NCBI GenBank assembly: GCA_032119795.1
Contig: JAUMFO010000025.1
Span: 4,334 to 68,333 of the forward strand
From: Solirubrobacteraceae bacterium
GTDB lineage: Bacteria; Actinomycetota; Thermoleophilia; Solirubrobacterales; Solirubrobacteraceae
DNA: 64,000 nucleotides
Direction of reading: 5' to 3'
Below, in pieces: positions 21,045 through 30,090 of this stretch (within the stretch, counting starts at the first letter, position 1; the number at the start of each line of letters is the position of its first letter). Below the pieces are notes generated by a model. That model ran no database searches, was not told the origin of the DNA, and was given only the letters and a program-made list of their open reading frames with translations. Position numbers and translations under genes: made by a program.

Positions 21045-21779
21045 ATGACCATGGCAGAGCACCCCGGATCTGAGCGGATTTCTGCCGGCCGCGGGCTCGA
21101 CTCGACCAAGCCGCGTCCGCTGGTGGTGGCCGTCGCGAGCCAGTCCTACCTCGTGCGTGTCGGGCTCCACGAGATCCTGCGCGCGATGGATGGCGTCTCC
21201 GTGGTGGCGGCGTTCGGAAGCGGCGAGGAGCTCCTGAAGGCCATCGACGCCACCGTCGACGTGGTCGTCACCGACCTCAACCTCCCTCGGACCGGCGCAG
21301 GTGAGGGAATCCGCTTGGCACGGGAACTCGCGCGGACGGCTCCGCGGGTGGGGGTGGTGGTGCTCAGTGAGCATGCCGGTGATCCAGCGGCCCTCGAGCT
21401 CGTGAGCGACGGCGCCGCTGGCCGGGCCTACCTCGTCAAGGACCGCCTCCGCACCGCCCCGGAGCTGGAGACCGCGGTGCGAGCGGTAGCTGCCGGTGAG
21501 TCGTGGTTTGACCCGACGACCGCCAGCCAGCTCATGCGCCGCGCCGAGCACGCCAGCCGCTCGCCGCTGCATGCGCTCTCCCCACGGGAGCGACAGGTCC
21601 TGGCGGCCATCGCCGACGGCAAGAGCAACGGGGCGATCGCCACGCAGCTGTTTCTCACCAAACGCGCCGTCGAGAAGCACGTCGGCGCGATCTTCAGCAA
21701 GCTCGGACTGCCCTCGGAGGACCAGGTCAGTCGTCGCGTCGCCGCCGTCTTGCTCTATCTGGGCCAGAGCCAGCGGTAG
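21045..21779 (+). CDS. LuxR/NarL-family response regulator, atypical receiver
   Basis: C-terminal LSPRERQVLAAIADGKSNGAIATQLFLTKRAVEKHVGAIFSKLGL. The receiver has VVVTDLNLP (acceptor Asp), but the position of the usual DD pair reads VAVASQSYL. Confidence 0.85.
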   Translation: MTMAEHPGSERISAGRGLDSTKPRPLVVAVASQSYLVRVGLHEILRAMDGVSVVAAFGSGEELLKAIDATVDVVVTDLNLPRTGAGEGIRLARELARTAPRVGVVVLSEHAGDPAALELVSDGAAGRAYLVKDRLRTAPELETAVRAVAAGESWFDPTTASQLMRRAEHASRSPLHALSPRERQVLAAIADGKSNGAIATQLFLTKRAVEKHVGAIFSKLGLPSEDQVSRRVAAVLLYLGQSQR

Positions 21780-21801
21780 CGCCGGCGGATAGGGTCGGCC
21801 C

Positions 21802-22221
21802 ATGCCGCTCGTCGCCCAGATCCTTGCCGTCCTCGCGGCCCTGATCCACGTGTTCTTCTTCTACCTCGAGAGCATCGCGTGGACGAAGCCGTCGACGTGG
21901 AAGACCTTCGGCCTGGGGAGCCAGGAGGAGGCGGAGATCACCAAGGGCCTCGCGCTTAACCAGGGCTACTACAACCTGTTCCTGGCGATCGGCGTGATCG
22001 TCGGGGTGGTGCTCCACACCGTGGGCGAAAACACGACCCTCGCGCTCATTGACAATGCCCACAGCTTCTACTGGGGCGAGGCCGCCATCGTCTTCGGCCT
22101 GGCCTGCATGGTCGGCGCGGCCCTGGTCCTGCTGATCAGCAGCAAGGGCAAAATGGCCCGCGGCGCAGCGATCCAGGGCTTGTTGCCGCTGGCCGCGCTC
22201 GCCATCATCGCCGTCGCCTAG
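21802..22221 (+). CDS. DUF1304 family membrane protein
   Basis: ILAVLAALIHVFFFYLESIAWTKP...ALNQGYYNLFLAIG. Four TM segments. Confidence 0.75.
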   Translation: MPLVAQILAVLAALIHVFFFYLESIAWTKPSTWKTFGLGSQEEAEITKGLALNQGYYNLFLAIGVIVGVVLHTVGENTTLALIDNAHSFYWGEAAIVFGLACMVGAALVLLISSKGKMARGAAIQGLLPLAALAIIAVA

Positions 22222-22269
22222 CGCCGGGCGGGAGCCCCGCCCGGCGCCCGCCGACGACGCAGCGCGCTC

Positions 22270-23016
22270 CTACTGGTGGGCCTGCTCCTGCGCCAGGCGC
22301 TGGTTGACCGTCATCTGGACCTGCTGCAGGCCCGCGACGCCGAGCACGGGGATCTGGGCCTGCATCTCGCGCAGGATGCCCGTGTCGTTGACGTCCTCTG
22401 AGGACTGCATCAGCACCGTGCCGGCGCCGGTGAAGTCGAGCTGGTGCTCCTCCCCGGAGCCGCCACGGCCAAACATGTTGCCGACCATCCCCATCACGCT
22501 CGCCATGTAGGTGTGGTCGTAGTGGTGGCACGGCGACGGGCAATCCGCCCAGCCGAGCAGCGCCTGCGGATCCACGCGCACCGGCGGCTCGACGAAGTGC
22601 ACGGCGCCGTTGGACGACGCCAGGAACTTGCCGCTGCCGATCAGCGTGAGGAACCCCGGGACGATCGACTGCTTGAGGATCAGCGTCGGATCGAACCCGA
22701 GCAGACTCGACGCGCGAACGGTGAGGTTGCCGTCCTCGAGATCGAACGAGTTGATGTCGAACCCGCGGTCGCCCAGGATCAGCTTGCCCTGGCCGGTCGC
22801 GACGATCCAGTCCTGGTGGTAGAGCGGCGAGGAGAAGTGCCCGGCAACGAGCTGCGAGAGGCCGCCCATCGAGAGCGCCTCGAACTTGATCTGCCCGTAG
22901 TAGGCGATCATCTTGCCCTTCTGCACGAAGTACTGGCCGTTGACGTCGACGCAGAAGGCATAGGGGTTGACGTTGTCGTTGACGGGCAGCGTCTGAGCGT
23001 TCAGTGCCTGGGTCAT
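22270..23016 (-). CDS. AIM24 (DUF124) family protein, paralog 3
   Basis: The ATG at 23016 overlaps the upstream stop (ATGA). MTQALNAQTLPVNDNVNPYAFCVDVNGQYFVQKGKMIAYYGQIKFEAL. The track ORF start at 23115 is a shadow extension. Confidence 0.8.
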   Translation of the reverse strand: MTQALNAQTLPVNDNVNPYAFCVDVNGQYFVQKGKMIAYYGQIKFEALSMGGLSQLVAGHFSSPLYHQDWIVATGQGKLILGDRGFDINSFDLEDGNLTVRASSLLGFDPTLILKQSIVPGFLTLIGSGKFLASSNGAVHFVEPPVRVDPQALLGWADCPSPCHHYDHTYMASVMGMVGNMFGRGGSGEEHQLDFTGAGTVLMQSSEDVNDTGILREMQAQIPVLGVAGLQQVQMTVNQRLAQEQAHQ

Positions 23017-23666
23017 TTGATCTTCCTCTCCGAGGCCTGGACGTAGACGGTGCCGTTGCCCGTCATCTTGAGCTGGAAGGCCTCGCCGGAGCCCTTGCCC
23101 ACGGCGTCGCGCCACGAGACGTTCATGTCGAGCTTCACATCGACGGCGCCGACGTGGCCGATGTAGGCCTGCGGATCGACCGCCACCTCGCCCCCACCGA
23201 TCGGGATCTCAAACACCGGCCCATGCGACATCACGACCGCATTGCCGACGCCGGAGAGCACCGTGGTGCAGAGCCCCTGGCCCGTCATCTGGCCCTGGGC
23301 GAGCGCGCGGACGCCGCCACCCTGCGCGAGGAACTGCGTGCCGGCCGTCAGCGACCCGTCATAGATCAAGAGCTTGTCGGCCTCGACGGTGAGCGAATTT
23401 GCGCCGTCGAGCTGGATGATCTTCACCTGGTAGCCGCCATGCCCGAAGAGCACGTTGCCCTGGCCCTGGGCGATCATCAGCGGCACGTTCTCGCCGGCGA
23501 CGATGCGCCCGACGAACCCGCCGATGCTGGCGCCGCCGGTCGTCGACGGGATGAAGTTCACCTCGCCGGTGTAGCTGAGCATCGCGCCCTTGCGCGCAAA
23601 GACCTGCTCGCCGTGGTTGATCTGGGCAGCAACCATCTTGCTGTTGAGCTTCTCAAGCGTCGCCAT
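23013..23666 (-). CDS. AIM24 (DUF124) family protein, paralog 2
   Basis: MATLEKLNSKMVAAQINHGEQVFARKGAMLSYTGEVNF...FQLKMTGNGTVYVQASE. The start shares one nt with the upstream stop (TAATG). Confidence 0.8.
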   Translation of the reverse strand: MATLEKLNSKMVAAQINHGEQVFARKGAMLSYTGEVNFIPSTTGGASIGGFVGRIVAGENVPLMIAQGQGNVLFGHGGYQVKIIQLDGANSLTVEADKLLIYDGSLTAGTQFLAQGGGVRALAQGQMTGQGLCTTVLSGVGNAVVMSHGPVFEIPIGGGEVAVDPQAYIGHVGAVDVKLDMNVSWRDAVGKGSGEAFQLKMTGNGTVYVQASERKIK

Positions 23667-24307
23667 TAGAGATCGATCCCTCCCTGGCGCTCGGCCGGCT
23701 GAATGTAGACGATGCCCTGCCCTTGAAAGCGCAGCTGGAACGACTCGCCGGAGCCCTGCCCGATCGCCGTCCGCCAGTTCACGTCCTGGATGAAGTCCTG
23801 CTGGAGCTGGCCCTTGTGCGCGACGTAGGCCTGGGGATCCACGCAGAGCGGCTGGCCCGGTGCAACCTCGAGCACGATGGCCGGCCCGTCGGTGGTGATC
23901 GCCAGCGTGCCGTTGCCGGAGGCGGCGGTGGTCGCCAGGCCCTGGCCGGTCGTCATGCCGCGAAGGCCGTTGAACTTCACCTCGGTCTGCACGCCCGAGG
24001 AGAGCGCCACGAGGTTGCTCGCCTCGACGAACAGCGTCTCGCCGGCCAACTCGATCAGGTTGATCTCCTGGGCCTCGTTGGCGATGTAGACGGTGCCCTG
24101 GCCGGTGCAGTCCATGAGCGAGACCGACTCGCCACTGAGCTTACGTTTGGCGGCACCGAACAGGCCGCCGCCGCCAGCGGTCGCGCCCTGCTTTTTGAAC
24201 TGGACCTGCCCGGTGTAGGCGACCATCGAGCCGTTGAGCGCTCGAAAGCTCTCACCGGCGATGTCGACTTCCAGGAGGCGAGTCCCGTTGAGTCTGAAGG
24301 TTGGCAT
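23666..24307 (-). CDS. AIM24 (DUF124) family protein, paralog 1
   Basis: MPTFRLNGTRLLEVDIAGESFRALNGSMVAYTGQVQF...FQLRFQGQGIVYIQPAE. ATG at 24307 with AGGG 6 nt upstream; the track GTG at 24316 is also possible. Confidence 0.8.
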   Translation of the reverse strand: MPTFRLNGTRLLEVDIAGESFRALNGSMVAYTGQVQFKKQGATAGGGGLFGAAKRKLSGESVSLMDCTGQGTVYIANEAQEINLIELAGETLFVEASNLVALSSGVQTEVKFNGLRGMTTGQGLATTAASGNGTLAITTDGPAIVLEVAPGQPLCVDPQAYVAHKGQLQQDFIQDVNWRTAIGQGSGESFQLRFQGQGIVYIQPAERQGGIDL

Positions 24308-24402
24308 GAGCGACACCCTAAACGCGCCAACGGGCAGTGCAATGGCGATTTTCCGCCAATCAACAAACCGGCGGCATTCGAGCCCGGAAGCGGGCGCCGG
24401 CG

Positions 24403-25347
24403 CTAGGGAATGCGAAGCTTCCGCGTCGGGCGCTGCCGGTACACGTCGCGAGCCGTCACGACGACCATCAGCATCACGTAGAGCAGCACGCCGAGGACGC
24501 TGGTGGCGCTGATCGCCAGGCCTGCGGTGAGCGCCACGCCGTCGGTCGTCAGCGCGGCTTCGCCTGAGGAGAGCGACGCAATCGTGGCGGCCGGCCCGGT
24601 GCCGAGGCCAACGGGCAGCACGCCGATGATCGTCACGGCGGCGACGACCTTCGCCACGCTCGAGATGCCGACGGGGAGATCAAACGCCAACAAGATGAGC
24701 CAGATCCGCAGCGCGCTGACGCCGACGACGAGCGCCATCAGCACGACGAGTCGCCGCAGCGCCGGCGGCTGCGTCGCGACGACCAGGCCACGCCACGGCG
24801 AATGCTCAGGCCGCGCTGCCGCCCGGCGAGCCAACGGCGGCAGCGCGGCCGCAATCACGACGGTGCCGAGGATCAGCCACGGCTGCCACAGCGCGCAGAA
24901 GGCGAAGAGGCAGGCGACCTCGACGAGTGCCAGTGGAGCGTCGACGACGGCCGTCTGCGCCGCCGTCGGAGCGCGCTCAGGATCGGCTTTGCGCAGCGCT
25001 GCGACGCGCGCCGGCAGGCTCAGCTCGCCCTGGATCGTTCCTACGGTGAACGCAATCGCGTTGGCGCGATGCACGGTCGTCGCCGGAAGGCCGTTCGCGC
25101 CGGTCGCGCGGAGGCCCACTCGCCAAGCCTCTGAGCGTAGGCCGAGCGTGACGGCGTGGAGGGCCGCCGCGCCGAGCACCGGCCAGAGGGAGACGTGGCG
25201 CAGCGTCTCCATCACCTCGTGGGCGTGGTGGTTGCCGACGACGACGAGCGCGATCGCCGCCGCGAACATCACCGCCCAGCTGAGCGCCGAGCGCAGGGTG
25301 AGCCGGCGTGCCCGCGGCGGAGCGACCTCCGCCTCGTGGGCCGTCAT
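24403..25347 (-). CDS. flippase-like / LPG-synthase TM-region family membrane protein (second copy in window)
   Basis: Multi-TM protein; the R-rich loop pattern and GVLPVGLGTGPAATIASL resemble UPF0104. The start overlaps the holB stop by 1 nt (TGATG). Confidence 0.65.
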   Translation of the reverse strand: MTAHEAEVAPPRARRLTLRSALSWAVMFAAAIALVVVGNHHAHEVMETLRHVSLWPVLGAAALHAVTLGLRSEAWRVGLRATGANGLPATTVHRANAIAFTVGTIQGELSLPARVAALRKADPERAPTAAQTAVVDAPLALVEVACLFAFCALWQPWLILGTVVIAAALPPLARRAAARPEHSPWRGLVVATQPPALRRLVVLMALVVGVSALRIWLILLAFDLPVGISSVAKVVAAVTIIGVLPVGLGTGPAATIASLSSGEAALTTDGVALTAGLAISATSVLGVLLYVMLMVVVTARDVYRQRPTRKLRIP

Positions 25348-26537
25348 CAGGCCCGGGCCGGTCGTCCGTGCGCGAGGCCGGCGATCTGGATGGCGAGGGC
25401 GTCGAGCAGCAAGCCCTCAGTGGCGTTGACGCGCAACGCCGCGCGTGAGCGCTGCACGAGGTCGACGACCTCCCCAAGACGCGGCGCCAGCTGGCGGCGT
25501 TCCTCAGCGGTCGCGGCAAGTTCAGCGAGGGTGTCGTGCAGCGCGGGCGTGGTGTCGATCCCGCGCACCACGTCGCCGGCGTCGAGCGCGAGGACCCACA
25601 GGTCGCGCAGCCACGTCGCCGTCAGCGCGAGGGCGGCGTCGAGCTCGGCGGTGCGGGCCTGGCGCGAGGCGCGCTTGGCGCGCTCATCGACGACCCGCTG
25701 GAAGCTCGTCTTGTCTCGCCCTTCCAGATGCTCCATCGCCGGTGCCCCGGAGGCCACCACCGTCTCGGCGGCGCGCTCGCCGGCCTCGCTGGCGCGGTCG
25801 AGCAACGGCTGCCAGGGTGCGGCCACGTTGCCGCTGAGCGCGCCCCGGGCAAAGCGCTCGGCGGCCTCGCGCAGCGGCCGGCCAAGCTTGGGGTCGGCGA
25901 GGAGCTCGGCGAGATCGCCGTCGGCGCCAGCGAGCCCGGCGGCGCTGCGCGCCAGCTCGCTCTCCACGCCCTGGGCCTGCAGCCGCGCAACCACAGCCTG
26001 CTCGGGCAGCCCGGCCATTCGGACCCGCTGGCAACGGCTGGCGATCGTCTCCATCACCTCGTTCGGGCGACTGGAGAGCATCAGGATGTGCACGTAGCCG
26101 GGCGGCTCTTCAATCGTCTTGAGGAGCCGGTTGGCGGCCGCGTCGTTCATGCGGTCGACCTGCTCGATCACGAACACGCGCCGCGAGGCCACGAGCGGTG
26201 TGGAGCCCGCCGCGGCGAGCACCTGCTGCTCGATGTCTTCGACGAGGATGCCGGCCCCGCTCGTCGGCACCACCCACGTGAGATCGGGGTGGACACGCCG
26301 CAGCACGCGGGTACGAAGGTCGTCGTCGACACCCTCCGGGTTGATCGGCCCGTCGGCCGAGGGCGCCGCAAGCGCCGCGGCGGCAAGCTCGACGGCGAGC
26401 GTCGCCTTGCCGCTCCCACCCGGACCGGTGATCAGGTAGGCATGGGAGAGATCCATGCGGCCGGTCGCCGCACCACCGAGCACCGCCTTGGCATGGGGCT
26501 GGCGATCCAGAAGCGCGAGGAGACCAGCGGCAGACAC
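25347..26537 (-). CDS. holB: DNA polymerase III delta-prime subunit
   Basis: HAYLITGPGGSGKATLA, HPDLTWV, KTIEEPPGYVHILML, TIASRCQ. The GTG at 26537 (VSAAGLLALLDRQPHAK) is preferred, because the track start at 26813 would overlap the upstream gene. Confidence 0.8.
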   Translation of the reverse strand: MSAAGLLALLDRQPHAKAVLGGAATGRMDLSHAYLITGPGGSGKATLAVELAAAALAAPSADGPINPEGVDDDLRTRVLRRVHPDLTWVVPTSGAGILVEDIEQQVLAAAGSTPLVASRRVFVIEQVDRMNDAAANRLLKTIEEPPGYVHILMLSSRPNEVMETIASRCQRVRMAGLPEQAVVARLQAQGVESELARSAAGLAGADGDLAELLADPKLGRPLREAAERFARGALSGNVAAPWQPLLDRASEAGERAAETVVASGAPAMEHLEGRDKTSFQRVVDERAKRASRQARTAELDAALALTATWLRDLWVLALDAGDVVRGIDTTPALHDTLAELAATAEERRQLAPRLGEVVDLVQRSRAALRVNATEGLLLDALAIQIAGLAHGRPARA

Positions 26538-26620
26538 CGCCCCATTCAAGCACCTCACCCACGCTGGGGCGGCCGCTCCAAGACGTGAGCCGTTCGGGCA
26601 AGCCTGCGCGCAGCCCCGCG

Positions 26621-28000
26621 CTACGAATCGAGCGCCGCCAACATCGAACGGGCCGCGCGCTGCCCGGAGCGCAGGGCCCCGTCCATCGTCGCCGGACGCT
26701 CGACACTGGTGTGTTCGCCGGCCAACACCAGGCGCCCCGCGGGCTGCCCGAGCGCCTGACGATCGCGGGAGCTCGCTCGCGGAGGGAGGAACGAGTAGGA
26801 GCCACGCGCCCACGGATCTGCGCCCCAGCGCGTCACGATGCTGCTCTCCGGCTGTCGCGCCTCAGCGCCAAAGCCGCGAGCCAGCTGGTCGGTCACGGCT
26901 GACACGACCTCACCGTCTTCCAGCCTTTCCAGTGCGCGGGCATGGCTCGCGCCAACGAACGCCGCCACGATCGGCGCTTCGGTGACCGCCTGATAGTCGA
27001 ACACCCCCACCGTTCGACCGATGGTGTCGCCGACGACGCCAAGCTGGGTGCCTGGTTCCCACATCGCTTCTGGGTACCGCAAGACGACTTTGTTGAGGAG
27101 GCCGACGGCGATGTGCTCAATCGCGCGGCGCATCGCAACCGGGAGCAGCGGAGTGAACTCGATCCCGCCCGCCTTGAGTACTCCGAGGGGGACCGTGAGG
27201 ACGCATCCATCGGCAGAGATCTGCTCTCCGCTAGCGAGCTCGACGGTGACCCCGTCGCCGCTGCGCGACACACGCGTCACCGGCGCCGACCGCCGCACGA
27301 CGGTCCCCGAGGCCACCGCCTCGACGAGTTGGGCCGCACCGCCGCGCAGCAGCCGATCGCCACCGCCACGGTAGGTCTCTCCTTCGTCGAATGCGACCAA
27401 CGAGAGTTCGCCAGCATCCGCACCGAGATCCAAAGGAATGTCATTCCCCAGGAGCCAGTCGAGCGTGGTGCGCCGAACTCCCGTCAGCCCCGTTCGGCGG
27501 CGCGCCTGCGCGAGCAGCGGCGCTAGGCGGTCTCCCGGGTCGGCGCTCGCCGCCGCCTCAGCGATCTCTTCCATCACGGCCTCTTGCGCCTCAAGTGCCG
27601 CCGCCAGATCGGCCGCGGCCACGGAGCTTCCACCCGGACGCCGCAACTCAAGCCGTTCGTAGTCGGTCGTCACGGTCGTGATGCCCGACTCGCGAGCGAC
27701 CGCCGACAGCGGATTACCGCGGTGATCATGGATCCAACCGGCGCCGAGATCAACCGGGACGCCGAGTGAGCGGTCGGTCACGACGCGACCTCCCAGGCGG
27801 TCTCGTGCCTCGAGCACGGTCACCGTGGCACCCGCCCTGCGAAGATCACCGGCTGCTGCCAGCCCAGCCAGCCCAGCTCCGACCACGACCACATGCCGAC
27901 CGGCTCCGCTGGCAGCAGCAGACCCACATGCCGGAAGCAGAGCGCACGCCGCCACGGCGCCGATCAGGAACTGACGACGATCGATGAGCGGCGCAGACAT
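26621..28000 (-). CDS. FAD-dependent (flavin) amine oxidase with Tat/lipoprotein signal
   Basis: MSAPLIDRRQFLIGAVAACALLPACGS (twin-Arg plus lipobox). Dinucleotide fold VVVVGAGLAGLAAAGDL...VLEARDRLGGRV. Confidence 0.85.
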   Translation of the reverse strand: MSAPLIDRRQFLIGAVAACALLPACGSAAASGAGRHVVVVGAGLAGLAAAGDLRRAGATVTVLEARDRLGGRVVTDRSLGVPVDLGAGWIHDHRGNPLSAVARESGITTVTTDYERLELRRPGGSSVAAADLAAALEAQEAVMEEIAEAAASADPGDRLAPLLAQARRRTGLTGVRRTTLDWLLGNDIPLDLGADAGELSLVAFDEGETYRGGGDRLLRGGAAQLVEAVASGTVVRRSAPVTRVSRSGDGVTVELASGEQISADGCVLTVPLGVLKAGGIEFTPLLPVAMRRAIEHIAVGLLNKVVLRYPEAMWEPGTQLGVVGDTIGRTVGVFDYQAVTEAPIVAAFVGASHARALERLEDGEVVSAVTDQLARGFGAEARQPESSIVTRWGADPWARGSYSFLPPRASSRDRQALGQPAGRLVLAGEHTSVERPATMDGALRSGQRAARSMLAALDS

Positions 28001-28080
28001 CCGGTGACGGTACTGCGTCTGACTCGGGTCACCGGGCGCCTCGAACCTGCACGTCGGGCAGCTCCGGCGCGGCCGGTGCG

Positions 28081-29511
28081 TCAGGCGTCGTCGCCGACCC
28101 GGTGCGGGCGCTCCGCCATCGGCCGGCCGCGGGCAGCCGCGATCTCCCGCAGCCGCGCCGCGAAGCGCTCCTCGCCCTCGCCCGGGTCGTAGAACCGCAG
28201 GTCCTCGAGGCCGCTGGGCATCACCGAGGTCGGAGACATCGCCGCCGGGTACTTGTAGGGGTCGTCGTAGCCCACGCCGCGGCCAAGCTTCCGAGCTCCT
28301 GCGTACGACGACCCCTTCAGTGCCGCGGGCGGCGACTGGGCGCCGAACCGCCGCACGTAGTCACGCGCGCCATTGATCGCGTGGTACGACGCCTTGGACT
28401 TGGGCGCGAGGGCCAGCCGAATCGTGGCCTGCGCGAGCGCGTACTGGCACTCCGGCATGCCGATGTGGTCGACCGCCGCTGCAGCAGCAGCCACCACCTG
28501 CAGGGCGCCCGGGTCGGCGTTGCCGACGTCTTCGCTGGCGTGGACGAGCAGTCGCCGCACGAGGTAGCGCGGGTCCTCCCCACCCTCGAGCATCACGGCG
28601 AGGTAGTAGAGCGCCGCGTCGGGATCGGACGCCCGAATCGACTTGATGAACGCCGAGATCGTGTCGTAGTGCTGGTCGCGGTCTTTGTCGTAGCGAACGG
28701 CCCGCCGCTGCAGCGCCTCCTCGGCGCCAGCGAGATCGACCTGCGGCGCAGACAGATCGGCCGCGTCGGCGCCCTCACCGCTGCGCAGCGCGATCGCAGC
28801 GCGCGCGGCCGACTCGATCGCCCCAAGCGCCGTGCGTGCGTCGCCGGCAGAGCGCACCGCGAGGAAGTCGATCGCCTCATCCGTCGCCTCGACCGGACTG
28901 AGCGGCCCCTCGACGGCGCGGCGCAGCAGCACGCGCAGGTCGTCCTCCGAGAGCGGTTGCAGCTCGTAGACGCGCATGCGCGAGAGCAACGCGCTGTTGA
29001 CCTCGAAGTAAGGGTTCTCGGTCGTGGCACCGATCAGCGTGATCGTTCCGTCTTCGACCGACGGCAACAGCGTGTCCTGCTGCGCTTTGTTGAAGCGGTG
29101 GATCTCGTCGAGGAACAGGACGGTGCGCGCGCCGCGCTGCTTGCGGTTCTGCGCTCGTGCCAGCACCTCACGGACCTGCGCCCGGCCGACCTCGACGGCG
29201 CTGAGCTCCTCGACCACGGCCCCCGCGTGGCCGGCGACGAGCCTCGCCAGCGTCGTCTTCCCCGTGCCCGGAGGGCCGAACAGCACCATCGATTCTGGAT
29301 CTCCAGCTGCGATGCGCGCGCGCAGGGCCGTCGGATCCTCGGGTGTGCCGAGCAGGTGCGTCTGCCCGACGACCTCGTTGATCGACGAGGGCCGCAGTCG
29401 CGCGGCGAGCGGTGCGCCCGGGCCGGGCGCCGCGGTGGCCTGCTCCGGCACCGCAGCGGCGTCGGCGACGCCGTCGGCTCCGAAGAGCCCGGGATCATCG
29501 CCAGCAGCCAT
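28081..29511 (-). CDS. rarA: replication-associated recombination protein A (AAA+ ATPase)
   Basis: [41 protein letters not shown], and the C-terminal MgsA-type HYD..SAFIKS.R.SDPDAALYYL. ATG at 29511. Confidence 0.9.
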   Translation of the reverse strand: MAAGDDPGLFGADGVADAAAVPEQATAAPGPGAPLAARLRPSSINEVVGQTHLLGTPEDPTALRARIAAGDPESMVLFGPPGTGKTTLARLVAGHAGAVVEELSAVEVGRAQVREVLARAQNRKQRGARTVLFLDEIHRFNKAQQDTLLPSVEDGTITLIGATTENPYFEVNSALLSRMRVYELQPLSEDDLRVLLRRAVEGPLSPVEATDEAIDFLAVRSAGDARTALGAIESAARAAIALRSGEGADAADLSAPQVDLAGAEEALQRRAVRYDKDRDQHYDTISAFIKSIRASDPDAALYYLAVMLEGGEDPRYLVRRLLVHASEDVGNADPGALQVVAAAAAAVDHIGMPECQYALAQATIRLALAPKSKASYHAINGARDYVRRFGAQSPPAALKGSSYAGARKLGRGVGYDDPYKYPAAMSPTSVMPSGLEDLRFYDPGEGEERFAARLREIAAARGRPMAERPHRVGDDA

Positions 29512-29714
29512 GGTTCGAGCGTACCGGGGACCCTCCAGAACAAGAGAGCGCCGCCTCGGCGTCACTCCGAGACGGCGCACTCTTTAGGCCTCGTGCTCAA
29601 ACGCGGGGGCTCCCCCGAGTCCCGCGCTTGAGACGTGGTCCTACCGGGCCACGAGGGCGACGGCAGGTGGGGTGGCCAGCCATCCGCAGGGCGGTGGCCA
29701 GCACAAGTTGGTCG

Positions 29715-29900
29715 TTAGAACGTCAGCAGGTTGACGTGGAACTCAGGGTCCCAGTCGCGACGCGGACGCCGCTGACTCGCGACCGCGCGAAGGCGCCCTG
29801 AGTGCGAGGAGACATCCACGATGGTGGCGACTGACCCTGGCGCGGCCGACTTGTCGGTCGGGCTTTGTGGACGGTCCTGAAATGGAATGAGGCGAGACAT
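29715..29900 (-). CDS. candidate small ORF (61 aa), hypothetical
   Basis: ATG preceded by AGGAG 10 nt upstream. MSRLIPFQDRPQSPTDKSAAPGS...RRPRRDWDPEFHVNLLTF. By eye, G/C at codon position 3 is clearly lower than in neighbouring genes, so coding status is uncertain. Confidence 0.3.
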   Translation of the reverse strand: MSRLIPFQDRPQSPTDKSAAPGSVATIVDVSSHSGRLRAVASQRRPRRDWDPEFHVNLLTF

Positions 29901-30090
29901 GGTGACGAGGCTCCTGCCTGTGAGGCGCCCCTCGGCGCGGTGAACAGGACGCCAGAAGCTACGGGCTCGCGCGCCGCGTTTCAGAATGACGTTCAGAAAC
30001 CGGCACCCTTTTCCACCCCCAAGTGACCATCACCGACCACGCACACAGGAAAGCCGGAATACCGTCTTGGCGCTGTTACGTTCATACCTC

